A stretch of DNA of 64,000 nt from Hamiltosporidium tvaerminnensis FI-OER-3-3. Its lineage: Eukaryota; Fungi; Microsporidia. The notes under the pieces were generated by a model. It ran no database searches. It had not been told where the DNA came from and saw nothing but the letters and a program-made list of their open reading frames with translations. The stretch covers positions 62,001 to 126,000 of the forward strand of contig CM061255.1 of the NCBI GenBank assembly GCA_022605425.2. Direction: 5' to 3'. Positions 23,201 to 38,700 of this stretch are shown here, one piece after another. The position numbers and the translations under genes are program-made. Position 1 is the stretch's first letter; the number at the start of each line of letters is the position of its first letter.

Positions 23201-26200
23201 TTCGAAGATCTAACATTAATACTTTAAAAAGACAAGGAGAAGCGGTATAGATGAAAAATACAACACCTAAGCATATAAAGTTATTTCACAGAAGTAATAG
23301 AATAAGACCATATCATATAAACCAAAACTTTGCAAATATCATAATTTTAATAAATTGTAATAGTACAATAAAAATACCTTAAAGCTGAGAATATTTCAAC
23401 GTAAAAATAAGCAAATGCATTAATGCTCGAATAAAATGATTTTTTTAGACTAGCAAGCTATTAATAATCTAAATACGCTCTAATTTTGGTAGTATAATAT
23501 TTAATCTATAAAGTCAGCCCTCTAGCAATAACTTAAGGTTATAGAGGATTTTATAGAGCCTACATATTTTTGTTAACCTTGAAAATTATATAAGATATTG
23601 TTTTAATACGTATAAGATGCTTATTAGATATATTTTAGAATATTACTTTGTTTTTCAATATTCATAGAAACCCAAATGAAAAAGTCTTTTCTTTTTGACA
23701 AAGAATATACTTATTAAACGAAACAGCTCATACTATTTATGGTTGACAAAGGATAAATTACTATTCTATAATATTAATAAATAAGTCAATCTATTAACTA
23801 CATAACATATTTAAAAATGTAGAAATATAATTTAGAAAAAGTCCAGAAAAACCAGCATTTAATTAAAAACTTATGGTATGAACTGTACGATTTTTAATTG
23901 ATTATTTATTTTTTTTTGTATAAAAGTAACTTTATTTTCGTTTTTAAAAAATTATTATTTTATAATGGTATAGATGTCGATTCCCTCTGCAGAATATCAA
24001 CGAACAAAGTTATTACATAAGATTTCACAGTTTCATTTTTTTAATCTTAACAAGTATTCGAAAAGTAAAATGTACCAAATACATAAAGATAGCTACAATC
24101 CAAAATTTTTCTTATAATTATTAACGCTTTTATTTATATATTAATTAGTTATCGATACACAAGAAACCACTACTTAAAAAGTATTTTAGAGTGTGATATA
24201 TTAAGCAAATGCTCTTTTCTGATATATTTATTTAACTATTTCATGCTGCGTATAAAAGTCAGAAATCTATAACAATACTGGCTTTTTGTAAAGAAATTTA
24301 TTTTCGTTTTTAATTCACTTCATTGGAGTCTAAGGAAATCATCTAGTAAAAGTATATAATTTTTTTGCTACACGTTTGTGCAACCAGGATAGTAATTCTA
24401 AAGAAAAACAATATAGACTTGTTAAACTGTGCTAATTCTATAAGCTAAGAAAGATTCAATATGTTTAATTTCAATACATTTTATGTTTACATATTAAAAT
24501 CTTATTATGGTTTTTTGTATGACATAGATGTTAAGCAATCAATTTCTTGTATCCAAGAGTATTTCAGAATTTTAAAATGAGAATATTGTGTTTTAATTTT
24601 ATGTAGTTTTTTTATAATAAATTCCGATTGTAAATAAAGCGGAATTCAATCTTAATAAAGCGAATAAAAGTTAAAAAATTACCAGGCTAAATATAAATCA
24701 AATAAAAGGTATATTTTCTACAGAAATACATGTGTTTAGTTTATTCTTACTTTTAACCAACAAAATTTCTCTCATTAAATCTAATATAATTGTATTTAAA
24801 TCTAGGTAAACAGTTTGAATTTAATAACGCCCTTTGAACAATCCCTAAATCCTTAAAAACCAATTGTTTACTCAAATTTAATCGTTAATTATTTTCTAGA
24901 CGTTCAATACCGTATAGAGGAATGTTAAAACCATTTTATAAAAAATGTTAATTGCTCATTTTTTGTATTTGTGGTGTTAAAGACTGTATATTATGGTAAT
25001 ATCATGAATTTTAGACATTTCAGATGCATAAAAAAAATATTATAACAATTAAAAAAAGAAAAAGAAACATAATAAAAAATACTTTTTAGGTTTCACAGCT
25101 TTTTCTTATATTATGTGCATAAATTACTGTTAAGCTTATAAACATTTAAACTTTGGTATAATATAATATGACAAATATTTTAAGAGATAAACTTCGTCAA
25201 TCAACATCTAGGTATAGACTTATATAGAGCCATCGCTCTCATATATTATAAAATAAAATAAAGGCTTACACTCTAGACTTAACAGATATAATAGCCAAAT
25301 TTATAGAAAAAGATATTGATGAAAGACTATAAACGTTCATTGAAACACTTTTTTACATATCTAACTACCACTTTCTACCCAAAAATAAGCATAAATCTTA
25401 TAATTATGGCAATGGCAATCTCTAGACAAGTGAAGTTTTGCCTTTCTCTATTTTTTTATAGAAAGGTTTTTCATTAGTAATATGAAATATCTATGGACAA
25501 TGATAATATGCTGGATTCTGTGCTAATTAATATCCGATGAATCACCTTGCTGCAGGAGATGTAAATATTATTTTTTAATACGAAAAGAAAGCTTTAAGGT
25601 TTACTATTTAAGACATTTTAACACCATGTTTTAGATTATATAATAGAATATGTTTTCATCGTAAGGTAAATACATGCTTTTTGATAATAAAAACATCTCA
25701 GTTACTAGTAATGTATTTACTATTCAAAATGAAACAAAAATTCTAAAAGAGATGCTAGAATTTTATGATTCGTTTTGTTAACCATACTAAAAGATATTGG
25801 GAAAAGTAGAAGCCTTTCTTCCATCACATAGTAAACAAAAACCAAAATGCTCTTTTTATAAATATCGCAATGTATTGAACTTTCTGTAATATTCGAATCT
25901 TAAGCTTAAGCTTGTATTTCGAACCGAAAATTAAAACGCGAAGATATATATAAAGTTGTGTATTTTTTTGAAGGTTAAAATTAAAAGTGAAAACTACAAG
26001 CCAATTCTAGACTAAGGCTTTTTTTAGAAATATTATATCACATTGAGAAACTTTTAAATTTTACACACAAACAAAAATCATTACTGTTAGTATACATAAA
26101 TTGACAAAAACTTATGATACATTTTATATTACAATTATTTTATAATTATATTCGTCTAAATAGCTTTATAAAAACCACACTGATATTTAACATTCAAGTC

Positions 26201-28410
26201 ACATTGTTGAATTTGTTTGTATACCTATATATCCTTTAGAACATATCATAATGAAAGAGATTAAGTTCAGCATTTTAATTTACTTGCATGTATATTTTAC
26301 ACTAAGAAAATGACAAAAAAAATCATTTTTTTAATTGCAATTGGAACTTGAAAAAATTCATTACGATTAGTACAAAAATAATTCTATCCCTATGACTGCA
26401 AACTATATGTATACACCGTTCAGTTTTTTACGTTCAAAACGACCTATATTTTTTTATACAAATTAACTTTTCAACTTAGTTTGTAAAATTTTCACATTTT
26501 ATCCCATATATCTAGAGATTTCTGATGAATGTAACAAAATATGCATAGTAAACACTAGCATTACCTCTTAAAAAATTTTAAACAGGATTATATTCTAAAA
26601 AATTAAAAAATATGGTTTATACAATCTATCTTAGATTGTTTAACAAGAACAGGCTTAATCAAATTTATTGAAATGCAAATATTTTCGAAATTATAACATT
26701 AAATATATTTATATCTATGTATACGACAATTTTCAGAATTGCTCTTGCGTTTTTTTTCGGAATTTTATTGTTTTTTTTGCAATAACTATTCATCAGAGAG
26801 CTGTATAAATTGTGGTCAATATATAATAATTATTTCTTGTTGAATAATGTTATCTATTTTTGCTATTTTTTTTAGATTAAAGGCATTCGAAGAATATTAT
26901 TCTGCTGGCAGTATTTCCAGCGAATATATTTCAAAGCCTTGTAGAAGCTCTGTGCCGTCTAAAACCTATTTTAAACTTCAGAAGAGATACCTTTTTTTAC
27001 CAAGAAGAGAAATTTGTATCGTTAGTTTTGAAATGATAAAACGATATTATATACTCTTTTAAATTATAAACAATATAAATTAAGAAAATATTTCAATAAA
27101 AAAAGTACTTATTTTTTAGATAACTATTGTATTAAATTTATCACATATTGTTGCAAACTGCTGTAAGATTTATATTTTTATATTTTTTTGTAAAAATCAT
27201 TCTTCAAATAGCTCTTATCTACACAGCTTAAAAGAATAAAATCTATGCAATGGAATATTGAATGATTTTATTAGAGAAAAATCATAAAGTGTGTTCTATT
27301 CGTGATTTGAAAATACAATATTCCTTTACAACCTTCAGATCTCCAATAGTAAATAAAAAGAAGAAAATTTTATACGTGTCGTTTTACTTTTTGTTAGACG
27401 CTTCATATAAATGAAGAAATAATAAAAAGGGCAATTACTTTGGTCAGATGTAAAAAAAACAATTAAAATTGTATCTATGCTTAGTCGGTCATGTGATACG
27501 AAACATTTTTAACATATAAAAAATCCTAGAAAAAAAATGTAAGTAAAAATATTTCAGAAATAAGATTTCCTGTAGATAATTTTTAAAAAAAGCGCTTTTT
27601 GATAAACATTTTGAAAGTTATTAAAGTCTTAAAATAAAAATATTTGGTTCTAAACTCATCCACCCTGATTTATTTTCTTAAGAATTCTGGAAAAAACCTC
27701 CCAGATGAACCAAAATTCATAAATTCATTTGTAAATATAAAAAAGGTTCTCATTTAAAATCGCAAATTCAATTTACAGAGCCTTTAAAAAATGATAATTT
27801 GGCGATTTAAAGTAAATTTGATGGCAAAATCTATTTAATTGCAAAATCAATGACTTTGATTTACAACAACTACAATATTTTTTATTTAAAGTCATAGTGC
27901 GGTTTTTAATTTATTTTATCAGCAGTGATTTATAAGAAAATAAAGTTTATCGGCTAAATATTATACGATGGTTTCGTTTTTTTAAAATTTTGTATATTTA
28001 GCAAATATATTTTATTTTTGTTCTGTGTTATAATAACATGCTAAATTTGCATCGCTAAAATTATGTTCTGTAAGCGACACTTAAATTGCCATATTTATAT
28101 ATTCATGTCTTGCAAACTTTTTATTATTTTCTTACGTAAGGTTATATTTCTTGCTTTAAAAATCAAAAAAGATATGGTCACAAGAATGATAACCCCAATC
28201 TCAAATTACAATATAGACGAACAATATACTTAATTTCTATAATGCTTTATAGAAAGACATTTTCCTTCAGGTCAATTTCTAATGGCACCCTTTGAAATTT
28301 TTATGCTAATTCTTTAAATGTTAAAAGCCAAGCATAGAAAATTGCCTCTTGAGGCAATTTCATAAATACCTTCCCAACAATCATATTATGTTTACTATTA
28401 CCAAAGACAT

Positions 28411-28648
28411 TCCCCAACATTCCGGAAGCAGAAATGGCTTGGTGTATTCTCTGCTTGTCGTAAGAGGCGACTAAAACGGACTGATCCTCCGTGTTGGGAT
28501 TGAAGGTAGGGCTAACAACCCACCTTTTAAAACCACCTTGTTACAGAACCCGAAAGCAAACAAACCCACTAGAAAAAGATCGGCGGGCGATATTACTAAG
28601 AGAGGCCAAGGTTCGACACGGCTGTATTGCCGAGAATGAATGAATTTT
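28411..28648 (+). mobile_element. Family R bipartite non-autonomous RTE derivative, copy 1 (9-bp TSD)
   Basis: RTE-type 5' part (CTGCTTGTCGTAAGAGGCGACTAAAA...GGGCTAACAACCC) fused to an RTE-type 3' end (GAGGCCAAGG...GGCTGTATTGCC) and a (GAAT)n tail. TSD CAAAGACAT at 28402-28410 and 28649-28657. Confidence 0.9.
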
Positions 28649-31600
28649 CAAAGACATATTCTTAAAAAGCAAAATTAGGCTTATCATTTTTATACAATAT
28701 GTTTCAGCATTTTTAAAAAAGTATTTTATATCCCGTTTTTAGAAGTAGGTTTTATTAAACCTAAAAAAATATAACCAAAATCCAATATTTAAAAAAAGCT
28801 TTTGAATCCTATTTCACAGTTATATAATGAAATATTTTTTTTAGAATTATAAAAGTCTCGAACTAGGTTCTGACTAGAAACTATAATAATTTACTTTACA
28901 AACGCTTAACTAGAAAAAAATTTTATATCAAGTATATATTTTATATGGCTAACAAATAAACAATGTTAGAATTTAAAAGGCATTAAAGCATTATCTTACC
29001 AAAATAGTAAAGTAAATTTTAAAGTTTAATTATCAATATATCTTGCTATTTCATCGTTAGCCACCCGAAAGCTGATCTAATATAACCAATCACACCCTAA
29101 TTCATTTTAATCTCATACAATATACGTTTTTCGCTAAAAATTTAAGCAAAAAAAAGGCTACGAAAATGTCATAAGATAGTATAATATCAAAAGAGATGCA
29201 AATATTTTAATTAACGAATCTTATTGAATTCTTAGGACAAATATTTAAATTTAATTTATTATAAAGTTATCAAATTTTTATAAATTGAAATATAGTTCGA
29301 TCATATGTTTTTTTACGCTATATTTATAATAATTTTTAATTTAGTGCGTTCTTAGATAGAAAAAAAGTCCTTTGTTATCAAATATATTCCCGACTTTTAA
29401 ATATTTTTTATATGCAAACGACTTAAATCAAAAAACTACTATAATTTATGGACGCGATTTAAAGATAATAATCATACTAAAAAGGTTTTCTACCAAAATT
29501 TCATTAAAATGATAAAGAACGTGTAAATTCCTTGCGAAATGAAAACCACACGACATTTTCGTTTTTTCATTACAATTTACACAGGGAAGAGATAGTATGC
29601 AAAATTAAAAAAATACCAAGCTTTATTTTGTGTTTTCTGCAATTAGAAACGAACTTCGACCAAGAAGTTAGGAAATGTGATCTTAAAGCATATTTCCTTG
29701 TTCTTCGATTACAAGACCATGACTTAGGATATATATTTCATATAATGTAAAGCCATGGATTGCTATATTTCAAAGCGTCTTTTTGGCATGGCTTTGCAAC
29801 GTATAAGTGCCCAAATAAAAGTCGTCAAGCTATATCTTAGCAGAAAGTCTATTTGGTTCAATAAGAGTAGTTTATATTGCAAACAGTCGGGTTTAGGAGC
29901 AAGCCTAAATCAAGAGTCGTTTCTTTACTTTTGGTTCAGGCAAACAAGATTTAAGACATCGGAAAGATCCAGCCTATTTAAAAGTTATAAGCATGCTGAA
30001 TCAAAATTAACCCGATAAGGTTTCGTATTGGAGACCAATCTAGTATAAGAACCAGAATTTCGCAAAGAAATATTCTGCTGCTGTGCGCGTAACCGATAGT
30101 ACTTGTAGCCTTGTCTTTTAAGATTTAAGTATTACAAAACAGCCAAATTTGAAAATACTGACAATTTTTCTTAGAACGTAGAACTATTATAATTATTTGA
30201 GTAAATTTATAAATATATTTTGCTTTAGTATACAAAATGAATTGCATTTTTCTTAATATTTACACACTAAAACAATTTTACCTAGAATTAATAATCATTC
30301 TTTTGTTCGGATTAAGTTTTGATGAAATTATATTGATCTAAATCTTTTTACACATAACACAGCGGGTAGTGCGATCGTTATTATAGGCTTTTGAGCAGAA
30401 TTTTTTTATTCATAGTTAACTGTATAATTTCGGTAACGATCTATATAAAATATTTTTTATTATATCAGAATTTCACATTTAATATCTTGTTTGTTAGGAC
30501 CTTTTTTAATTTCTAACAAACTTAAGAATGCATATTTGGCAACAATTATGGAATTTACAATAAAAAACAGGATATTTGGGAAAATAAATGGGTCTACAAT
30601 GTATTAATAAATCATAATCTTTAAAATAATATATTATTAAAAGAGCCAACTCCTTATTATATACACATTTTCGATTTTTAAATCTTTTAGAAAGTTAGTT
30701 GATTAGAAAAACAGGTATTTATAAATAGCCCAAAAATTTATAAAAGAACGATTGATTCTATAATAAATATTGATATCCGGAATAACAAAACAACTACCTT
30801 AGGCTAATAGATCGTTTATTTTAGATTCTGCAGTTAAGAAGTATGGGTGATAAAAATTAATATAAAACACATAATATGTTATTCAAATTGCGTAATTTTT
30901 TATACGAACTATATAGTATTTGCTGACTATGAAAGCCTAAACATTTCAAAAAAGAAATAGTTAGATTTGACAAATGAGCTATCTGCATACTAAAGAGCTG
31001 TTTTATAATTTAAAATTTTAGAAGCTACATATGAAATTTTTAAAAATATGTAAAATGCATATTCAAGTAAAAATAGTTTGATTCTTATATTGCAGAAAAA
31101 TGTTTTTTTGTTCGGGTAAAAAAGTTTTGATTTTTAAAAAGCAGTCTTCTATCTCATTTTTCATCCATGATGGCCTTTAATGATTTAATACCCGGATAAA
31201 CCTCGAAAATATTTTTTCATCTTTTGACTAACATTATAGAGAATTCCAATTTAGGCTTATTGACAGATTTGCTCATATGTAAAGCTTGATTTTTCATGCT
31301 CTGTTTAACCATAGAATCAACTGATGCGTATTTAACACACTAATTTATATTGTGCTTAATTTATTCTATCTCATAAAAACGTATTGGGAACAATGACAAC
31401 AGTTGCGTTCTAAAAAAGCTACGTTTTTTGGTTTTAAGAATTTACCTTAATCATAAAAGCAGAAAATTTAGAATTTTAACATTTACAAAAAACAATATTT
31501 ATTTTAAATTGATTTGACTTAGAATATATTAAATATGTGTCTCTTCTAATCTATGCTTAAAAATAAAAAAATAGTGATCATGTGTCTATTCTATCGGAGG

Positions 31601-34600
31601 CTCAATCTTTTCAAGGTAAAATTTAGTTTATAAAATCATTTTATTTAAATTTGGATTTTTGGAAACCACTTATAAGTTACAGATTTTTTTTGTAGCAGGA
31701 CGGTATGTTGCTGGCTTTTCATTAACATAAATTTTATCAAGATTATAAAGTATAGAGAACTAAAATTTCCCCATATTTTAAATGTTTTGTTAGAAGGGTC
31801 TTTTTAACTATTAAATAATGTAACATTCATTTTAAAAAAGAATTTTTTATTGATATACTTTTCCCTAAAAACTTTATCATTAAAATAAATATTGAAGCCT
31901 AGTTTTTTATACGAAAATAACACGATGTAAATGTACAATTTAACGGATTGTAGCAAAAACAGAAGTGAATCGGGTTACTTTATGCTTTAAACTATTTTAC
32001 TCTCAATATTTCAATATTTATTTAAATTACATCGAAATAATTTTATAGCTTCATAAAATTTTATTAGCACATAGCTTAAAGAAAGAAATTTGCGTAGTTT
32101 TACTAAGACTTCAAAAATACAGATTTGGATGTTTTAATAAGATTTGCGTTTTACATAGAGATGTCATGGATTAAATAATACAAATATAATCTAAGATTCT
32201 TTTAAAAGAATAAAAAAAATAATTTCTTGTTTGTCTAGACATACTACTGAGTTAATACTTCTAATTTTTTATTGCTACTTTAGGTCTCTTCATAGGAAAC
32301 TTTCTTGCTTTTTGCAATCTTGAAAATTTTTAAAAAAGTTTCCGAGTAAGTCGACTGCTCAAAAAAACATGATCAAATCTAATCGTGTAGGTTTTGCTTG
32401 TTAAAATCTAATCGCTCGTCTCCTTTCCGTAATTATTGATTCTATTTAGAAAGTTCTTTCTAGCCAAAACAAAAAAGTAAATTATATTAAAATCTTAAAT
32501 ACATAGTTTTTTTGTAACTTAAACGGATGGAATTTGTCAAAAGACTCAATCGGGCTTTGCAAGCTGCCATTCCTAGAATTTTTATTCTTTGCTATAATAG
32601 AACAAATGTTAGCCTTTTAATTCGAAATATTATTTTAATAAAAAAAAAACTTTAAAAATTTTAAAGTTTTCGAACATAAATAGGTTGTAAAAAAATCTGA
32701 ATTTCATCTCAAGACATTATTTAATATTTGTAATTCCTAGATTTCATATTTTTTTTACTTTAATAAAGGTTCAATTATGCATTTTATGAAAAATATAGCT
32801 ATATTCCAATTAGCACTTTAAATAAAATACACACGTTCTTGGAAAACTAAACCAGATGGTATATATTTAGCTCGCTGTATAACAAAAAATTTAAAAAAAC
32901 GTTTCTTTAATTTAATACTTGTGAGAACAGTACCTAAAATAATCAACCCATAATATATTAATATATCAATATGTCATAATGTTTCTACTAAATGTAAATA
33001 TCTTAAAGTGATCGTGATCTAAATATGATTCAAAAACATTATTAAAATCGGCTTTAATAAATTTCCACCATAAATCGAATCGCATCTTTTTGTATTATTT
33101 TATTTTTAAATGATTTAAATACAAAAGAATAGTAATACTTTAATTTATGTAATATTGCTTTTGTTTAAACTTAATTATATATCTCTGAGTACAACTTTTT
33201 TTTTTACAATTATAGAAATAAATCTTGCGGACTAGGTTTTTCATGGTATAAAGCATCTTGAAAATATACTATGACATACTTTCTTAAAAAATGTATGTTG
33301 CATAATAGTTTATTAAATCCAAAAAAGATATGTTAAAATAAATAGTAGATCGTATTAAATCGAGGACTATTATTATTCAAGTAATTTATAACTATAAGGT
33401 TTGGTATTTATTATAATCATATATTATATTATAAGATAATCACATTAGCTTTCCTATATATTGCTGCTATACTAAGATAAAATGAAGAAGTAAACGAAAA
33501 TTTATCATAAATTTTATTGAATCGGTAGAAAGCTATTTATTGTCGATGATTAAGGCGATAAATTAAATATGTCAAAATTAAAACTCTTTTGGCAGATTTA
33601 GAAAATAAAAATTCTCTTCTGTCATATCTAACTACCAATATAAGTTATATTCTGATACATATGTAATTTTTTGCCTGTTTAACCACTGGAATCTGAAATA
33701 TCAGATTATTACCTTTTGTATAATAAAAAAAATCAATTGATGCGTTACGGGCCTTCCATTTGATTTTGGCTTTATATGTTTCTTGAAATTTTGTAAACTT
33801 ACTAATACAAGTGATCTTCTGATTTATTTGTATGCTGATTGGTTTAATTCTATTGTAGATTTAAATATATTTTAAAGTATTAAAGAAGAGTAAATTGCTG
33901 AAAAAAATACTATCTTTAAAAACATTTTGAAAATATTTCACACATTGCTTTCAATGTGATTCAAGCAATTGGTTTCTAAAAACACAAATATACAATCAAA
34001 ATCCAATTTCGGATTGTAGAGAAAAAAATTTATACAATATTTCAAATTTATTTTCCAAAAAGCTAAACGATTAAATATTGGATTTTTTACTACACGCATT
34101 TCTAGATCTTTCTTTGATATTATTATGATGGCTTTCTGATATGATAAATCAAATAAAGCTATGATTAAAATATAATATTTAGGAGATTTGTCTTTTAACT
34201 TTAACAATTAATAAAATCAATAAAACCTGTCGATTAAGAACTTTTAAATATTTAATACACGTAGTTACGTAGAATAGGTCTACATAATAAAGCGAAAAAA
34301 AATATAGCATGAGTTACTATTTAAATTTCATAGAATGCGTTATATTACATTATTAAAACCCAAAACATAAAAAAATAATTCTGATCTCAACACATACTAA
34401 AAGAACTACAAAAAATTTGTATTACATATATATTTTGCCTAAATCGCACAACCCATGGTTCTAAAATGCATATATTATCAAATTGTTTGATATTTATTTA
34501 GGAAGGCTTTTATATATATATTCTAAACAACTATGAATTGTTTTTTCTATTTCTGTTTTAAATATCCGAAAACTTAAATTGAGAGTTTAAAGCATTACAT

Positions 34601-35049
34601 TGTTTAGAAATACGATCTATATAATTCTAAAATCAGAAATAAATCAAATTGGTAACAATTAGGTCAAAATAATTACAAAATATGTATGCAAAAAGAAAAA
34701 TAATAAATTATTCGATGATACATGCAAATGTTAAACGAGCTTACAATAGAAATGAAAACACCTTCTGTACTACAAAATAAAACACATGTAAATCATACAT
34801 ACCATGGCGGTTAATAATGTTAATATTTTCCGACAACTTTCGATTTTACAAATATCTGACATCATGAAATGAATACCGCGAAGTAGACTTGCATAGTTTT
34901 TATTGTGAAAATAGTATTAGTCAATAGTTCGAGGCCCAGAAATTGTTTTTAGACGGCTAGGGATTAAAATATGTTTTTATACGCAACATCAGCGACTTTT
35001 ATTAAAGCCAAAAATATATAATTATATATTTTAGTATATTTATTACTTA

Positions 35050-35761
35050 GAGAATGGATAACCTCATAAAAAACTATCTGCCTGGCAACGAGTTTGGGAA
35101 ATAGTGTGAAGATGATTGTTTAGATTTTTGCTGGGAATAAAACCACACTAGATCTTCGGTTGTTCTATGGCTGTTTTTATGAAGAGTAGAAATCTAAAAA
35201 ATGGCGAAACTTTTTTTACAAATATATTTGCGTTTTTTATGTAACCGGATCAAAGGCCGAGACACACGTAGGATATTTCCATGTAAAAACATAAAGTTAG
35301 CCTTGCTCCCTCGAATTATAAGACTAAATACCTGTGAGATATGAAAATAATCACCAATTAAATCCGGGAGAGCTAAGTAGTAGGTTATACCTGTTGGTAT
35401 GGCATTGCACTTTCCAAGTGGACATCGTGTAAGTCTTGGAATATATCTTAGCATAAAGTAAAATGAGTTTAGAAAGTGTAGAACAGGTAAGAATACTGCA
35501 TAGTCTTTGAGCGCGAGGGGGGTTTCGGCCTGCATAACACGTAATGCAACAGACATTAACATACTCCGGGCGACTGTCTCGCCTATTAATTAAATTTTAA
35601 ATGTCTGTTCGATGAAAGCCTTTGGGACGTAGGAATCGAAAAAGGTACTGATGGTGTGTTGAGATAGCAGTTATTTATGTCAAACCTAGAATCGAGTTGA
35701 TGTCTAGGAAACAAATATAACACTTGCCACAGATTTAAATGATGTAATAATGTAATCAAAG
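35050..35761 (+). mobile_element. Family L structured non-coding retroposon, copy 4 (more diverged)
   Basis: GGATAACCTCATAAAAAACTATCTGCCTGGCAACGAG...GCTAAGTAGTAGGTTATACCTGTTGGTAT...CAAATATAACACTTGCCAC. Full length and collinear with copy 5. Confidence 0.88.
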
Positions 35762-38700
35762 GTCTACTTTTATATTTTAATTATTTTTGCAATATCTATG
35801 CAAAAACTAAAACCAAAACTTTCTAAAAGGTTTCTGTACCTATATCAAATTTTAAAAGCCTAAACAAATATTTAAGAATTATGCAAGCGTGTATATAATT
35901 TACTACAAATGTATGAATATACTGGACAAAATAACTAAAAATCCAGAAGTCTCCTAGATGTAAATAACATACTTGGAAAGATAATGTTTTTTTATGTAGG
36001 AAAGATTTGAATATTATCTAAAACGTGTCTTTGGTAAGAGTAAATATAAAGTCAGTATTAGTATATGTATCGATTTCGTATATTTAATGAGAAAAAAATA
36101 TTATATTCGGATATTGTAGAATTGAACCGCGTCAAATATCTATATAAATATATTTTAAGTAAATTTCTCGAGGATTGTATATTTTGATACGGGATAAATT
36201 ATAGTTGTGGTGTCACCTGTAAAACAGTTTCTTAAACTTTTTAACAATGTATATCGAGTATATTTTATTTATTTACTTTTTATTTAGTCTCCTGCTTTTA
36301 CATTGTGATAACTTACAATATTTTAATTATTGCCTAATTAACTATATAGAAGCCGCTACTCAACCATTTTTTATACGAAATTCCAAAACGCTAAACGTTA
36401 CAAATTTTCTATATTCATACCCCTTTTCTTTTTTTACACAGCTCTTATAGAATTTTCTACATTATGATCTATGATAAAGAAACATAAGGCCATCGATATT
36501 TATTTACAATTAATGTTTCGATAAAACTTAAAATTATTTTATTATTATGGCAGGTAAATTTTTGAAGATCAAATCAATTATGTGTTATGCATCATATACT
36601 AAAAGCAATGATAAAGTTCGAAGTGTATACAATATAGACCCACAAAAAATAAAAGAATATTGTTTGCTCAACATATGTATTTAATACCAAAAAACTTAAA
36701 TAAGAATGATCGTCAAATATAACGACAAAAAAAGCTAGAACATAGCACAAAATCATAGATAGAAAATTTTAATCTCAAAAGTAGAAACTTTAAAATCTTT
36801 AATGTAAAAAGGATCCGATTAAACCCTTTAGCTATTAGAGAATATGTCAAATCAATTCTGTCATATTAATAAATGTTTTAATAAATTTTAAACAGATATA
36901 AATAATCATATTTATTGTTCAATGAGTAGTTGTATTAAGAAAGCAATAATGAGTACATATTTAAACAAAAAAAATATAGAATATAGGAATAGATGGAAGT
37001 CTGATCTTAATTAATTTGTAATGAAAAATTACATTTCAAAACGGCATTTGTATTTGCTATATAGAACATAGATTTCTTAACTTAAAAATCAAATTGCCTA
37101 ATATTATTTACATTATAAATGAAAATGTGTCAAGATCGTAAAATAGAATTACGAAGTTAAATGTCATATAAAATAATTAGCCATTTCGTTTAATGCCGTC
37201 GCGAATTTTCTAATTTAGGTAATAAAATAAAATTACAATTTCTTAAATAATCTAAGCGTTTATTATATAAATTTAAAAAAATATAAAAGTCAAGTTCAAA
37301 ATACAATATTGGAATTTCGTTTTACGTAGAAATGTTATTTCTTCGGGTTTAAATGTTTCTAAATTATTGAGTTTAAATTGTATGGATTTATTACAAAAAT
37401 ACCAATTCTTTTCTCAATATTTTACTATGTACCCTTATTTTCTATTTTAAATGATCTCAGACTATTGAAATCATTCGCTTTCATGTGCTCTTTTATTTAC
37501 AGCATCATATAGGTTTGTTGTTCCTGTTTGGAAGATGAGTCTAAATTAAGCTTAAACTGTTATTATATTAAGATTTTGGTGTATATACTTCTTAAAATAC
37601 TAGAAATGTATTTTCGCTCATATGAATAAATCTATAAATTATTAGAATGGTCTTTTTCTCACATTAAATTTAATGGATACCTTTGCTTTCTTCAATAAAT
37701 TACAATCAATATATTCTGTAGCAAAAAAATTTTAGATTCATTTGAAAGAAATAAAAGGTTTCCAATTCTTGGTAGCAGTTCATCTTCTAAATTACCCGGT
37801 GTCTATTTGAACATCAAAATATATCATTGTTTAGAAATTGATTTGATTTTGAACTTGTAAATAAATCATCTATTATATATACATAATATTTGCCTTTTTT
37901 ATACTATTTAGAGCATTTTCGATGCAAAGTAATTGTTAAATACACATATAATTATACTAGAAACAGATATTTAGAAAGTATTTTTAGACTGACTAAGTTG
38001 ATTTACTAAAATATTTGTATCATGAAAAGTGGGGCAGATTCAATCAGGGCTATTATCGAAAACTCAAAATTTTTTTCCTCATTGAAATCATATAAATCGG
38101 CTATCATAGAGGAAAATAGCACCAAAATATTAATTATGAAACCCTTAAAAATCTTTGATGTTCTATATATATATAAGATCTATTGAAAAAAAGTACGTAT
38201 TACGTCGCTTCATTTTTTTCTGTTTTTTGAGGTTTATTCCTCAAAAGAAACGTAAATTTTCTATTTACGAAAATGAGATTCACATACAGCAAAATATTTT
38301 GAATTTCAAAGGTGTATACTAGTTATAAATTTAGACTTTGGTAATAAAAAATATCTATCCTAGGAATTCATTTCAAATTGCAATCGCTTTTTTTTAAGAA
38401 TAAGAACGAACGCATAGATTATGTAACTTAAAACTATACGTATATATTTTTTCTGAATCTATATTTATTTCTTTTGCTTTCTTGGCGTAATAATGTTTTA
38501 CAATTGATTTTATTAAAGGTTCACATTTTATAAGATTTTAGGCAAAGAGACAGTGAATGTTAAATAAAACAGTTATTAGATATAATTGTGTGAAACAGCT
38601 ATATACATCTGGATTCGATTTAACGAAGATTAAAAAGTCGGCTTTGAACCAAATAACCACAAATCGAGATAAACTAATAACGAGATCAGCCTTGCTGAAA

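Noticed and set aside
34860-34945. GTTCGA-containing segments as possible tRNA genes (also near 42006 and 49890)
   Set aside because: No cloverleaf, acceptor stem or A box could be built. I found no tRNA or rRNA in the window.
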